This document shows, one piece after another, positions 8,557 to 17,926 of a DNA stretch of 64,000 nt. A program made the translations under genes and the position numbers. Each line of letters starts with the position of its first letter. The first letter of the stretch is position 1. A model generated the notes under the pieces. The model was given only the letters and a program-made list of their open reading frames with translations, was not told where the DNA came from and ran no database searches. Origin of the DNA: a virus (lineage: Duplodnaviria; Caudoviricetes); IMG/VR virus record IMGVR_UViG_3300049444_000051, positions 3,041 through 67,040 of that record, one strand, 5' to 3'.

Positions 8557-9284
8557 CAGTTGACACCACCGATCATGGCGGCATCCCTGCCTTTGCCGAC
8601 CGGCGCAAGCTGGTCTACACGTTTACGAATCTGGCAGCGTATAAAAATTGCCCGCACGCCATGTACAGAAGGTACATCACGCGCGATCTCCCATTTGTCG
8701 AAACACCGGCAATGCAGCGAGGGAATGACGTACACTCGGCGTTCGAGCATCGGGTACAAGCTGGGAAACCATTGCCTGTCGATATGCAACAGTGGGAACA
8801 GTTCGCGGTACCATTCGATTCTATACGCAACGTCCCACAAGATATTGCTCCTTCCGTCAAATGCGAACAGAAGCTGGGCTGCACGTCGGCAGGCGTCGTC
8901 ACTGATTTCTGGAGTCCTACCGTCTGGTTCCGAGGTAAGATCGATGTTCACGTTATCAGGGGTGATGTAGCCGCAATATACGACTGGAAAACGGGATCGG
9001 CAAAGTACGAAGATCCATTCGAGTTGGCTACAGGTGCCGTCCTGCTCAAGCTTAACTACCGGAATCTCAAGACCATCGTCGGCAACTACGTCTGGCTCAA
9101 GGAAAACCGCCTAGGGACGCGATACGACCTGTCGGATTTCAGGAAAACCTGGGACGAGATAAACCGGATCGTCGGCCTGATCGAGAGCGACTTGGCTGCG
9201 GGAAAGTTCAGGAAGCAGAAAAGCGGGTTATGCGGTTACTGCGGCGTCAAGGACTGTGAAAACTACAGGGAGGTAGGACAATGA
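8553..9284 (+). CDS. PD-(D/E)XK exonuclease, Cas4/RecB-like
   Basis: FRGKIDV..IYDWKTG nuclease motifs; N-terminal CP and C-terminal CGYCGVKDC Fe-S-type cysteines. Confidence 0.85.
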   Translation: MTVDTTDHGGIPAFADRRKLVYTFTNLAAYKNCPHAMYRRYITRDLPFVETPAMQRGNDVHSAFEHRVQAGKPLPVDMQQWEQFAVPFDSIRNVPQDIAPSVKCEQKLGCTSAGVVTDFWSPTVWFRGKIDVHVIRGDVAAIYDWKTGSAKYEDPFELATGAVLLKLNYRNLKTIVGNYVWLKENRLGTRYDLSDFRKTWDEINRIVGLIESDLAAGKFRKQKSGLCGYCGVKDCENYREVGQ

Positions 9285-9475
9285 ATATGTTCGTACTTAA
9301 TAAAAACAGGGTTAAAAATGCCATTCAGGCTTACCTGATATCGATAGGTAATCCCGGCATTGAAGTTATAGACATGCGCGTTGACTACGGAGGTGCTTTC
9401 GAGATTTACTATATAGGCCGAGATAACATTTTTCTGCCCCCGGATGCCGTTCCAAAAACGAGGGTAAAGGAATAG
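9281..9475 (+). CDS. Hypothetical protein
   Basis: ORF track. Confidence 0.55.
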   Translation: MNMFVLNKNRVKNAIQAYLISIGNPGIEVIDMRVDYGGAFEIYYIGRDNIFLPPDAVPKTRVKE

Positions 9476-9479
9476 GACG

Positions 9480-9746
9480 ATGACACACGATAAGAAAATT
9501 CTCATGGACCTTGAGCGTTGGTCGGATGAAAAACTGCGTCAGTGGTTCTTGGATTCGATAGAACGCTACAAGATGATTGATGTATCTGATCGCACGGCAT
9601 TTTCTTACGCAATGACGACTCTCGTAATGTTCTATGCGCGTCTCATAGTAGAGACATCTACCGCCACGCCGGAAGAATCCGCCGATCAAGTCAAGGATGT
9701 AATCAAGTTCATGAAAAAAGCCAAGCGCAAGCAGCAAGAAGATTAA
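9480..9746 (+). CDS. Hypothetical protein
   Basis: ORF track; GGAATAGGA RBS. Confidence 0.65.
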   Translation: MTHDKKILMDLERWSDEKLRQWFLDSIERYKMIDVSDRTAFSYAMTTLVMFYARLIVETSTATPEESADQVKDVIKFMKKAKRKQQED

Positions 9747-9747
9747 A

Positions 9748-10038
9748 ATGCGCACCCCGGAAAGTTATGAGAAAGATGAGATCAAGAAGTATCTCGAATC
9801 CATCGGCGCTTGGTACTGCCTGACGTTCACAGGCGGCTTCGGCAAATCGGGAAACCCCGACATCGTCGCTTGCATCAATGGGACGTTCTGGGGGATCGAG
9901 GTCAAGCGTGAAGGCAAATCGTTGACCGTACTGCAAGGACGCCGGATCGAAGCTATTATTGAAGCAGGTGGAATGGCAGTAGGTGGCCCTGCTGATAAAG
10001 TTATCGGGCACATCAAATGGTGGCTGGACGGCAAATGA
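9748..10038 (+). CDS. VRR-NUC domain nuclease
   Basis: GNPDIVACINGTFWGIEVKREGK..LQ..IEAIIEAGG. Confidence 0.88.
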   Translation: MRTPESYEKDEIKKYLESIGAWYCLTFTGGFGKSGNPDIVACINGTFWGIEVKREGKSLTVLQGRRIEAIIEAGGMAVGGPADKVIGHIKWWLDGK

Positions 10039-10232
10039 TTAGAAACATCATCCTAGCTATGCTTGTTATAATATTAACCCTAAACGCCCATAGCGTTGCC
10101 AACATTAGCCGCGAACTGAGAAGTATACGCTGGCGTTTGGATGCTATCTCTCGAGATACAATGTTGATGCATGTATGTACTTTCAGGGAAAGCAAAAAGT
10201 TCTGCGACGAAGCAACTCCGGGGAGTCAGTAA
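10035..10232 (+). CDS. Small protein with N-terminal hydrophobic segment
   Basis: MIRNIILAMLVIILTLNA. Confidence 0.5.
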   Translation: MIRNIILAMLVIILTLNAHSVANISRELRSIRWRLDAISRDTMLMHVCTFRESKKFCDEATPGSQ

Positions 10233-10233
10233 A

Positions 10234-10452
10234 ATGGCAAACGAAATAATCGAGCGAGTAGCATCCGCAATTCAAAAAGAGTACGTAAATCCACTAATGA
10301 CACTGGATACTCTTGCGTGCGCCGCCATCAAAGCGATGCGCGAGCCGACCGAGCCAATGATATTAAAAGGTCTTGAGTTCTCCGGGTATGACAACGATCC
10401 GAGTAACTTGCTATACGCTTGGGAATTAATGATCGATGAGGCGCTAAAATGA
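10234..10452 (+). CDS. Hypothetical protein
   Basis: IIERVASAI...ACAAIKAMREPTEPMI, a pattern common in small phage proteins. Confidence 0.65.
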   Translation: MANEIIERVASAIQKEYVNPLMTLDTLACAAIKAMREPTEPMILKGLEFSGYDNDPSNLLYAWELMIDEALK

Positions 10453-10627
10453 TGCACAACATTACGTTAGGAATTTCTATACTTGCGTTGATAATCTCCG
10501 TGTTGGCGCTGGTAGTTACATTCTGTGGCTACCCTCTCACCGTCACTAACGGCACGATCATCGACGATATCAAGACCACTTATCGAGGCTGGAAGCGTGG
10601 CGATTGGCGGAAGGGTTGATACTAGCA

Positions 10628-12238
10628 ATGCATTTTTTTCATGACACCCAGCGCAATCTCCTGATCTACCCCCGCTCCGAGTTCATCGAGCGCAACGTCG
10701 CACAAGCAAAGCCGCTCAACGGCGCTTATGTCTCGGTCCCGCGCACGCTGCACAACTCCCAGCTTTTACGGCATCTGAATTTCCCGGTAGCGCCAATCAT
10801 GGATGGCTACGATTGGCCAGCGGCTCCCGGCATCAGGCCGTGGGAAAGCCAGAAGCTAGCTTCCAACTTCATGGTGCTGCACCCTAGGTGCTTCAACTTA
10901 AGCGATATGGGCGTGGGCAAGACATATTCAGCGTTGTGGGCCGCAGATTGGCTCATGCGCCATCATACACTACCGTTTCGCTGCCTAATCGTCTGCCCCC
11001 TGTCCATCATCGAAAGGGTATGGTCCGATGCCATCTTCAAGCTATTCCTGGGCACGCGAACATTTGAAATCCTCCACGGCTCTCAACAGCAACGGCTTGA
11101 CGCCCTGGCTCGTCCAGCCGACTTTTACATCGTTAACTTCGACGGTGTTGGCGTGGGCGCTCATACCCGCAAGCGGTTCGAGTTGGACGGTTTCTCCGCT
11201 GCACTTGCGGCCCGAGACGATATCAAGCTGGCTATCGTTGACGAAGCTTCCGCTTATAAAGAAGCCTCGACCAAGCGCCATCGTATCGCCAGGATCGTCT
11301 TTGGACAAAAACCTTACCTCTGGTTAATGACGGGGACCCCGACTCCTAATGCGCCGACCGATGCCTATGGGCTCGCCAAGCTCGTCAACAATGCATTCGG
11401 AAAGAGCAAGGACACGTTCAAGCGCGAGACCATGATCCAAGTCTCCAATTTCGTCTGGCGACCGCAAAAGGACGGCTACGACAAAGCCAGGAAATTATTG
11501 ACGCCAGCCATTCGGTTCGACATCAAGGACGTGTGGGACGGTCCTGAGCTAACCACCCAACAACGCGAGGTACCGCTGACGGTCGAACAGAATAAACACA
11601 TGGCGGCGCTCAAACGTGACCTCCAAGTGATCGTGAAATCGGGAGTGCCCATTACCGCAGCCAATGAAGCTGCCGCACGCCAGAAATTTATTCAGATATC
11701 ATTAGGTGCAATCTACGATGCTCGCCACCAATGGCATACCATCGACGCTTCGCCCCGGATCGAGGAACTCAAGGCGGTGATCGAGCAGGCCCCGGCTAAA
11801 ATATTGATACTTGTGCCATTGACATCAGTTGTGAATCTGTTATATAAGCACTTGAAAGCTTGGCAACACGGTAACGCAAGAGCGTCAACCTATGTGGAAA
11901 TCGTCAATGGCAATACAAGCGCGAAAGAGCGTTCACGTATCTTTCAGGAATTCCAAAACCCGAGCATGGACCTGCGTGTCCTCGTTGCCGATCCCGGCGT
12001 GCTGGCCCACGGGCTTGATCTCTGGCAAGCGCAAACGGTGATCTGGTTCGGGACCACGGATAAGACCGAGCTATACCTGCAAGCAAACAAACGAGCGCAC
12101 AGACCAGGGCAGAAATATCCAGTGACCGTCGTGCAAATCGTGAGCAACCCGTTGGAGCGTGAGATATTCCGCAGGCTTGAAACAAACGAATCGCTGCAAG
12201 GCGTGCTGCTGAACGCCGTGAGAAAGGGAGACTTATGA
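10628..12238 (+). CDS. SNF2-family SF2 helicase
   Basis: SDMGVGKT (motif I), IVDEAS (II), MTGTP (III), AHGLDL (V), QANKRAHRPGQ (VI). Confidence 0.92.
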   Translation: MHFFHDTQRNLLIYPRSEFIERNVAQAKPLNGAYVSVPRTLHNSQLLRHLNFPVAPIMDGYDWPAAPGIRPWESQKLASNFMVLHPRCFNLSDMGVGKTYSALWAADWLMRHHTLPFRCLIVCPLSIIERVWSDAIFKLFLGTRTFEILHGSQQQRLDALARPADFYIVNFDGVGVGAHTRKRFELDGFSAALAARDDIKLAIVDEASAYKEASTKRHRIARIVFGQKPYLWLMTGTPTPNAPTDAYGLAKLVNNAFGKSKDTFKRETMIQVSNFVWRPQKDGYDKARKLLTPAIRFDIKDVWDGPELTTQQREVPLTVEQNKHMAALKRDLQVIVKSGVPITAANEAAARQKFIQISLGAIYDARHQWHTIDASPRIEELKAVIEQAPAKILILVPLTSVVNLLYKHLKAWQHGNARASTYVEIVNGNTSAKERSRIFQEFQNPSMDLRVLVADPGVLAHGLDLWQAQTVIWFGTTDKTELYLQANKRAHRPGQKYPVTVVQIVSNPLEREIFRRLETNESLQGVLLNAVRKGDL

Positions 12239-12420
12239 GCTTATTATTCTCTGGCCAGACTTGGCGCATAACCAGCTCTTATTTTGTTGCAGGTATCATC
12301 GTTGCACAGGACGGAGTTATTGTCAAAACGGCACCGATCTTGAAAAAATTTAACAATTGGGCCGCTTACGCTTTCGAGCAGCACTGCACTAAACAAGGTT
12401 GGAAAGTAGAAAAGCTATGA
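12235..12420 (+). CDS. Hypothetical protein
   Basis: ORF track. Confidence 0.6.
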   Translation: MSLLFSGQTWRITSSYFVAGIIVAQDGVIVKTAPILKKFNNWAAYAFEQHCTKQGWKVEKL

Positions 12421-12878
12421 ATTCCTTAGATACGTGGATCGATGAACAGCACAGAGATATCATGCGAAATGTACCTAAAGGGCCAAACCCCCACGATCTC
12501 ATAGTCGAGCATTTCAAGCTTGAGGACTGGCTGGAAGCCGAGAGCAAGCGTTTTGCCGAGCACATCAAGCCGGTCAAGGCGAGGATGGAGGCAATCAAAC
12601 AGACATTGTTGGCCATGGCTATAGAACAAAAAGTCGATGGCTTTCCAACTGAGGCAGGCACTGCTTACAAATCGACAATTATGAATCCATCCATAGAGAG
12701 CCGGGAAACTTACCTCGATTTCGTGCTGGACAACTGGGAAGCCTGTGGTAACGAGATGCTGCAACTGCGGGCTCCCAACGTCGATTCCGTTCGCAACTAT
12801 ATGCAGGACCATGACGGAGATCTGCCACCCGGTGTCAAGACCGCGAACCTCGTCCGAATGAACATAAGGCGTTCGTAA
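12417..12878 (+). CDS. Phage coiled-coil protein ending ...LPPGV (Gam/Gp157-like, tentative)
   Basis: N-terminal coiled coil, GTAYKS, DLPPGVK; position in the replication module. Confidence 0.5.
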   Translation: MNSLDTWIDEQHRDIMRNVPKGPNPHDLIVEHFKLEDWLEAESKRFAEHIKPVKARMEAIKQTLLAMAIEQKVDGFPTEAGTAYKSTIMNPSIESRETYLDFVLDNWEACGNEMLQLRAPNVDSVRNYMQDHDGDLPPGVKTANLVRMNIRRS

Positions 12879-13162
12879 TGACACAAGAAGAATATTTCAA
12901 GCTCTGCCCTGAAGCTGCCCTTCCGACGTTCCACGGGCAGAAGCCAGACAAAGGGCTCATCGTTATTGGTCGTAAGTACCCTAATGAGGGCTACGCAGTA
13001 ATCCGCTGCGGAAATACGGAAATCCAGGTTGGTTATACCCTCTTGCATGCTTTGACGCTGAGGATCGATAAAGAAAGCCCGTTTTTTGCCGCTCTTTCTG
13101 CGCTGCAAAACGCTCTGCATTCGATTGCCTGTGAAGCGTCCCTTGGACGCAAGGGTGATTAA
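12878..13162 (+). CDS. Hypothetical protein
   Basis: ORF track. Confidence 0.55.
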   Translation: MTQEEYFKLCPEAALPTFHGQKPDKGLIVIGRKYPNEGYAVIRCGNTEIQVGYTLLHALTLRIDKESPFFAALSALQNALHSIACEASLGRKGD

Positions 13163-13164
13163 GA

Positions 13165-13350
13165 ATGACACACAAAAAATACGATGGCGGCGCTATACAA
13201 GGCTTTTACTTAGAAAAAGCCTTATGCGGTGGATGGACTATCGATAGTTCCGCTAATCAACGCGCTGGTATGAGGTTGTTATTCGCTGCATTTTCAACGC
13301 TTGACGAAGCCTTGGCTTGGATCAAAGAGAATCAAGATGATCGACCGTGA
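13165..13350 (+). CDS. Hypothetical protein
   Basis: ORF track. Confidence 0.55.
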   Translation: MTHKKYDGGAIQGFYLEKALCGGWTIDSSANQRAGMRLLFAAFSTLDEALAWIKENQDDRP

Positions 13351-13552
13351 CGGCGACAAAATCATCTTCTCATGCGATTGCTGTGAAATCGCGCCGCCCA
13401 CTTATGACACTGTCCTCATATTAGACGACACCAAAGACGCCTGGAACATCGCGATGAATGCAGGCTGGCGCACTGTCGTAAATGCACATACACACGCCTG
13501 CCCGTCCTGTGCTAAAAAGCTAAGACAGCCTGTGCAACCAGTAGAAGAATAA
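13337..13552 (+). CDS. Small putative Zn-binding protein (paralog 1)
   Basis: CDCC ... GWR ... HACPSC. Confidence 0.65.
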   Translation: MIDRDGDKIIFSCDCCEIAPPTYDTVLILDDTKDAWNIAMNAGWRTVVNAHTHACPSCAKKLRQPVQPVEE

Positions 13553-13557
13553 CCTCA

Positions 13558-13746
13558 ATGATCGAACGTGACAGCGGCAAGATGCTGTTTGTTTGTGACG
13601 AATGCAACGAGGCATTCGAGTCGGAGGACGGCGAGACGTTCCAGGATACCTGGGCTGCCGCCAAGGATGACGGCTGGCGAGCCAGGAAACTGGGTAACGA
13701 CTGGGTACACGCCTGCCCAGACTGCGCGAAGACCATCAGGATCTGA
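13558..13746 (+). CDS. Small putative Zn-binding protein (paralog 2)
   Basis: CDEC ... GWR ... HACPDC. Confidence 0.7.
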   Translation: MIERDSGKMLFVCDECNEAFESEDGETFQDTWAAAKDDGWRARKLGNDWVHACPDCAKTIRI

Positions 13747-13749
13747 TCG

Positions 13750-13935
13750 ATGAACGAGAGCATAATGCCAGCAGCCGAAAGAGCGGCTTATGCCAACGGC
13801 TACGAAGCCGGGTTACATTCTCGGTTAGTTGAAAATGAAAAACTAAAGTACAAAATCGAACAGCTAGAGGCCGAGATCAAGCAACTAAAAGATCTAGTTA
13901 ATCGCTATAGAACCATGCACCAATGGGAGATCTAA
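13750..13935 (+). CDS. Small coiled-coil protein
   Basis: ENEKLKYKIEQLEAEIKQLK. Confidence 0.6.
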   Translation: MNESIMPAAERAAYANGYEAGLHSRLVENEKLKYKIEQLEAEIKQLKDLVNRYRTMHQWEI

Positions 13936-13937
13936 AA

Positions 13938-15017
13938 ATGACAACGCAGCTTCCTGCCCATCTCGCTAACCTGCCCAACCGCAACCTCGCCGCTCGTGCT
14001 ACCCAGGGCATGGGCTCGCAGATTCCACCGCATATCTCGATTCAAGGTAACAGGTTTACCCTGATCGACGCCGCCAATAACGAGCAAGATGCCGGACCCG
14101 TCATCGAAGCAGTCATCATCGACATCAGCGACGTGATGTGTAAGCGCTACATGGATCCCGACAAGCCTTGGACGCCGGACTCCAATGACCCACCACTGTG
14201 CTGGTCATCCAACGGTATCGGTCCTTCAATCGAGGCAGCCACACCACAGGCCGAGACTTGCATAAAGTGCCCGAACAACGTGCGTGGATCGGCAACCAGC
14301 AAGTTGTCTGGCGCTTCGATCAAGGCATGCCGGGACGAGAAATACCTTGCGCTTATGCTGCCAAAATATCCGGATATGATTTTCAGGCTGGTGTTAACCC
14401 CTGGCAGTTTCAAAAACTGGGATGGGTTCACTGCCTTGTTCAAGGGCCGCAACTTCGACATGGACAAAGTGCTGACCCAGTTTTCGTTCGTCCCCAAGGT
14501 CAATGGCGTGCTTGCCTTCAAGCCTACAACATTTCCTGGCGGATCGAATGCCTTCATCGACGCCGCCACGGCAAACACCATCCTCGCGGCGCTTAACGAG
14601 AAAAAGACTGATGCATTGGTTGGACGGCTTGACCGGCCAAGAGATGGTCTACTCGCACCGTCCCCTACGCAGGGGCAGCTCGCTACTGCCCCGAATGCGG
14701 TTTCCAAGTCATCGCCAGCCATGCCTCAAGCTGTGGAACATTTTAATTCCCCAGGGCTTTCGGGCACGACAACCGTTGCTGCTTCGGTGGAAGCACCTGC
14801 CGCTCCCGCGAAGCCGCGTGGCCGCCCGCGCAAGGCTGCGCAAGAAGCTCCTGCCCCTGAAGGTCAGCCTTTCGGAGCCGAGCCTACCGCTACCGCGCCG
14901 TTCATGCCATCCGCCCCGCCCGCTACCGGCAACAGCGGCTTTGGCATCCAGCAGGGCGTAGCGCCAAATCCCGAGCTACAGAACGCCATCGATAATATGT
15001 TTGGGCCGCAGTCATGA
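13938..15017 (+). CDS. Putative ssDNA-binding/recombination protein with Pro/Ala-rich tail and AT-hook
   Basis: ISIQGNRF, PLCWSSNG..P..CIKCPNNVRGS..KACR Cys cluster; KPRGRPRK in the tail. Confidence 0.6.
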   Translation: MTTQLPAHLANLPNRNLAARATQGMGSQIPPHISIQGNRFTLIDAANNEQDAGPVIEAVIIDISDVMCKRYMDPDKPWTPDSNDPPLCWSSNGIGPSIEAATPQAETCIKCPNNVRGSATSKLSGASIKACRDEKYLALMLPKYPDMIFRLVLTPGSFKNWDGFTALFKGRNFDMDKVLTQFSFVPKVNGVLAFKPTTFPGGSNAFIDAATANTILAALNEKKTDALVGRLDRPRDGLLAPSPTQGQLATAPNAVSKSSPAMPQAVEHFNSPGLSGTTTVAASVEAPAAPAKPRGRPRKAAQEAPAPEGQPFGAEPTATAPFMPSAPPATGNSGFGIQQGVAPNPELQNAIDNMFGPQS

Positions 15018-15208
15018 CCAAGAAGATCCAAATCCCGAAGGGAGCCATCAAAAAAGGTGGCAAGATCTACAATCACGCTGGCCGGATGATCGAGCTATAT
15101 CAAGGCCGATGGCGTGTCGTTAAGCACGGAGATCGCGACGGCTGGTGGCGATTCAACGAGCACTATGACCGCGATGGCTACTGCGATAACCCAGGACGAG
15201 GCTACTGA
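15014..15208 (+). CDS. Hypothetical protein
   Basis: ORF track. Confidence 0.6.
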   Translation: MTKKIQIPKGAIKKGGKIYNHAGRMIELYQGRWRVVKHGDRDGWWRFNEHYDRDGYCDNPGRGY

Positions 15209-15475
15209 ATGCGCTTGACCGAACGTCTTAACACCTGCCTGCGAGACGGTAACCTGACGGTTGCCGATCTCGCGGTCCTGTTCGACCGGCCATACCCTAC
15301 CGTGCGAACCTGGGTCCACGGCGGTAGCGTGCGGGCAGCATCGCACGATCTCGCTGAAATCGAGAAGCGCTTAGTGCGGATTGAGAAGCTGATTGGCATC
15401 GGCAAGAGACTGCCGGTGCCCCGGCTGCCGCGCGATGAACGAGTTGAGTATATCAGGGAGTTGGCAACGTCATGA
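15209..15475 (+). CDS. Helix-turn-helix protein
   Basis: LTVADLAVLFDRPYPTVRTWVHG. Confidence 0.7.
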   Translation: MRLTERLNTCLRDGNLTVADLAVLFDRPYPTVRTWVHGGSVRAASHDLAEIEKRLVRIEKLIGIGKRLPVPRLPRDERVEYIRELATS

Positions 15476-15822
15476 GTTCATGGGAAAAGGGTGAGGTAAC
15501 CGGAAAAGGATTTATAACAATGAAAGCCCCCGGTAGTGGTGGTAGTGAACCCGATATGGTCAACCATCCTCCGCACTACATAGGCACCAACGGCATCGAG
15601 GCTATCGACGTGATCGACGGCTTCAACCTTACCTACAATCTCGGCGCGGCCGTCGCTTATCTTTTACGATGTCAGAGCAAGGGCGATCCGGTCACCGACA
15701 TGCGCAAGGCGGTCTGGCACATTTCCAGGGAAGTCGAGCAGCGTTTGCGAGCGCAACAGAAAAGCCTGCCAGACGAGCGAATGTTCAGCAAGGATCTTTT
15801 ACGGAAAACAGGCGAGGAATAA
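15472..15822 (+). CDS. DUF3310-family protein
   Basis: DMVNHPPHY..IEAIDVI...LGAAVAYLLR...DMRKAVWHI. Confidence 0.85.
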   Translation: MSSWEKGEVTGKGFITMKAPGSGGSEPDMVNHPPHYIGTNGIEAIDVIDGFNLTYNLGAAVAYLLRCQSKGDPVTDMRKAVWHISREVEQRLRAQQKSLPDERMFSKDLLRKTGEE

Positions 15823-15827
15823 TCGTC

Positions 15828-16166
15828 ATGGTTGCTAAAACAATATGGGTAAGGGCTCTCAACTTTGAGAAAATAACTTTTGCTGAGTTCACTGCTAAGA
15901 TAATGGAGGTGATGCGCGATATACCTCCAGGCTATGAAAAGTACGTAATTGTATCTATCGATACTTGGTATGACGACGATGATAAAGCCACTGCCGATAT
16001 CACTTTTACTTATTGCCGGGAAGAAACCACCGAAGAAGCAAACGAGCGTATCAGGCAAGACAAAGAAAAATGGAAGCGTGACCCTGACCGTTATCTAGAG
16101 GAAGAATTGGAAAAAAGCTTTTGGAGAAGATTAAATAAACAGAATCCAATAAAAGACAGGGCATAA
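15828..16166 (+). CDS. Hypothetical acidic protein
   Basis: ORF track, start after the GAGGA RBS. Confidence 0.6.
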   Translation: MVAKTIWVRALNFEKITFAEFTAKIMEVMRDIPPGYEKYVIVSIDTWYDDDDKATADITFTYCREETTEEANERIRQDKEKWKRDPDRYLEEELEKSFWRRLNKQNPIKDRA

Positions 16167-16172
16167 TCTGAT

Positions 16173-16200
16173 TTGACAAGTACTAAGGTCCTGGTACCAT
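16173..16200 (+). promoter_or_regulatory. Sigma70-like promoter of the moron
   Basis: TTGACA-N16-TACCAT. Confidence 0.6.
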
Positions 16201-16282
16201 CATGCTGGGGGACAGCGAAGGAGGGCAAGGCAGGAAACATCGCTATCATGAACCCCTAACAACCAACTAGAGGAACTATCAC

Positions 16283-17044
16283 ATGCGCAAGTTGCTATTA
16301 TCGACCACCCTGGTTCTCGCCATGGCGGCACCGGCCAACGCCGATATTGTTCTATTCGGCCTTAGCGACGTGCTGTCATTCCGTGATGTCGGGGCTCAGG
16401 GCTTCGGCGACTTCCACCGGGCGTTGACCCTGCAAACCAACGACATCGAATTCGGTGCTCGTGGATTTGGTAACACCCAGATTGAGCAGGCTATCAACGG
16501 CGCCGACAAAGGCAATACCCCAACCATCAGTCAATTGGGCTGGATGAGCGGCATAAACGTCGGCATCGGCTTCAACACCGATCAAGCGGGCCAGCATGAC
16601 GGCATCACCATGCAAGCTCTAGGCTTGGTGGTGTGGGATACGACCGGGACTGCCGTGTTCACGGCGCATCTTGCCACTTCTCCGATCAACTTCAGCGCGG
16701 CTGCACTTGCCCTCCAACAGGGTAATGGCAATGCCGTGTTTGACTTTGAACTAGATGCGGCAGAGCGTCAGGAATTCAATAACAAGGTAGCGAACGTAGC
16801 TGGCAGCCAGAACTTCACGGTTGGACTTAGCGCGATCCTTGGCTGCGGCTCCGCTGGAGCCCATGGGACCTTCAACACCCCTGGGTGTCTGGTGTCCGAT
16901 GACGGACCCGACAGCTTTGTGCTGTTTAATAATGTGGTGGTGCCAGCGCCACTCGCGGGTGCTGGCATCCCTGGGATTCTCGCAGCCTGTGTCGGGCTGT
17001 GGGGACTCGCGGTGCGCAGGAAGCGTCGTCTTGGCATAGCGTAA
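16283..17044 (+). CDS. Exported protein with PEP-CTERM-like C-terminal sorting signal
   Basis: Signal peptide MRKLLLSTTLVLAMAAPANA; C-terminus VPAPLAGAGIPGILAACVGLWGLAVRRKRR (motif, TM helix, Arg cluster). Confidence 0.85.
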   Translation: MRKLLLSTTLVLAMAAPANADIVLFGLSDVLSFRDVGAQGFGDFHRALTLQTNDIEFGARGFGNTQIEQAINGADKGNTPTISQLGWMSGINVGIGFNTDQAGQHDGITMQALGLVVWDTTGTAVFTAHLATSPINFSAAALALQQGNGNAVFDFELDAAERQEFNNKVANVAGSQNFTVGLSAILGCGSAGAHGTFNTPGCLVSDDGPDSFVLFNNVVVPAPLAGAGIPGILAACVGLWGLAVRRKRRLGIA

Positions 17045-17070
17045 ACAAATAGGCCAAGCCCGGTGGCCTG

Positions 17071-17104
17071 GGGCAGGGTTAGCTTAACTCCCAATCCTGC
17101 CCCC
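17071..17104 (+). terminator. GC-rich hairpin after the PEP-CTERM gene
   Basis: ggggcagg-N18-cctgcccc; no clear U-tract. Confidence 0.4.
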
Positions 17105-17120
17105 TCTCCTAATCGGTCGG

Positions 17121-17426
17121 ATGTGGACCGTCCGGGCGCGCATTAACTTTATAGGAGCCGTTGTGGCTAATATCCGCATTCCGTTGCCGCGAGTGCCCGT
17201 CTGGCTTACCCGCGCTCTCGACCGTTATTCAGAATGGGCCGAGCAGCCGACCGGCCCCACGCTATGGTGCTACACGGTCCTGCGCCGGGACTGGGTCAGC
17301 ATAACCCTCATCACGATTATCAGCGCCTCCTTCGCGCAACTTACAGGCTCCTGGCAGGGCTTTGTCATGGGTATCGGTGCCGGTGTGTTTTCCTGGGTGA
17401 TGGTCGAGATGTGTACAAGAGAATAA
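17121..17426 (+). CDS. Small membrane protein
   Basis: Two C-terminal hydrophobic segments; start uncertain. Confidence 0.5.
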   Translation: MWTVRARINFIGAVVANIRIPLPRVPVWLTRALDRYSEWAEQPTGPTLWCYTVLRRDWVSITLITIISASFAQLTGSWQGFVMGIGAGVFSWVMVEMCTRE

Positions 17427-17431
17427 CCCGA

Positions 17432-17926
17432 ATGGCACTTCATGAACAAGCAGTCGGTTTAAGTGATGAATGGTATACGCCGCCACACGTTTTCGATGCG
17501 CTTGGTACGAGGTTTTATATGGACGTTGCAAGTCCAGGACAACATGTGACCCCATGGATACCAGCAGGTTTTTTTATTACGGCTAACAGCCTTGAAAAAG
17601 TATGGCTAGGTTGCGTGTGGATGAACCCTCCATTTGGCAAGCGGAATGGAATTATACCCTGGCTCAACAAATTCATAGAGCATGGCAACGGAATCTGCTT
17701 GGTTCCAGATCGTACCTCTGCGCCTTGGTGGCAAGCCTGGGCACCGAAGATGGATCTGATCCTGTTTGTTTCACCTAAGCTGAAATTTATCGGCGGTGAC
17801 GGTCGTCCTAGCATAGCCCCAGCTCAAGGTAGTTGTCTTGGCGCGATAGGTGAGCCAGGGCGCTTAGCACTGGTTAAAGCAGAAAAGGCAGGGCTTGGCA
17901 TTTTAATGCAGCCGTGGTCGTTATAA
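17432..17926 (+). CDS. Phage DNA N6-adenine methyltransferase (Dam-like)
   Basis: DEWYTP, MDVAS, WMNPPF (motif IV), LVPDRT. Confidence 0.88.
   Translation: MALHEQAVGLSDEWYTPPHVFDALGTRFYMDVASPGQHVTPWIPAGFFITANSLEKVWLGCVWMNPPFGKRNGIIPWLNKFIEHGNGICLVPDRTSAPWWQAWAPKMDLILFVSPKLKFIGGDGRPSIAPAQGSCLGAIGEPGRLALVKAEKAGLGILMQPWSL

Noticed and set aside
8553-9284. CRISPR-associated cas4
   Set aside because: No array or other cas genes; Cas4-like exonucleases are routine in phage replication modules
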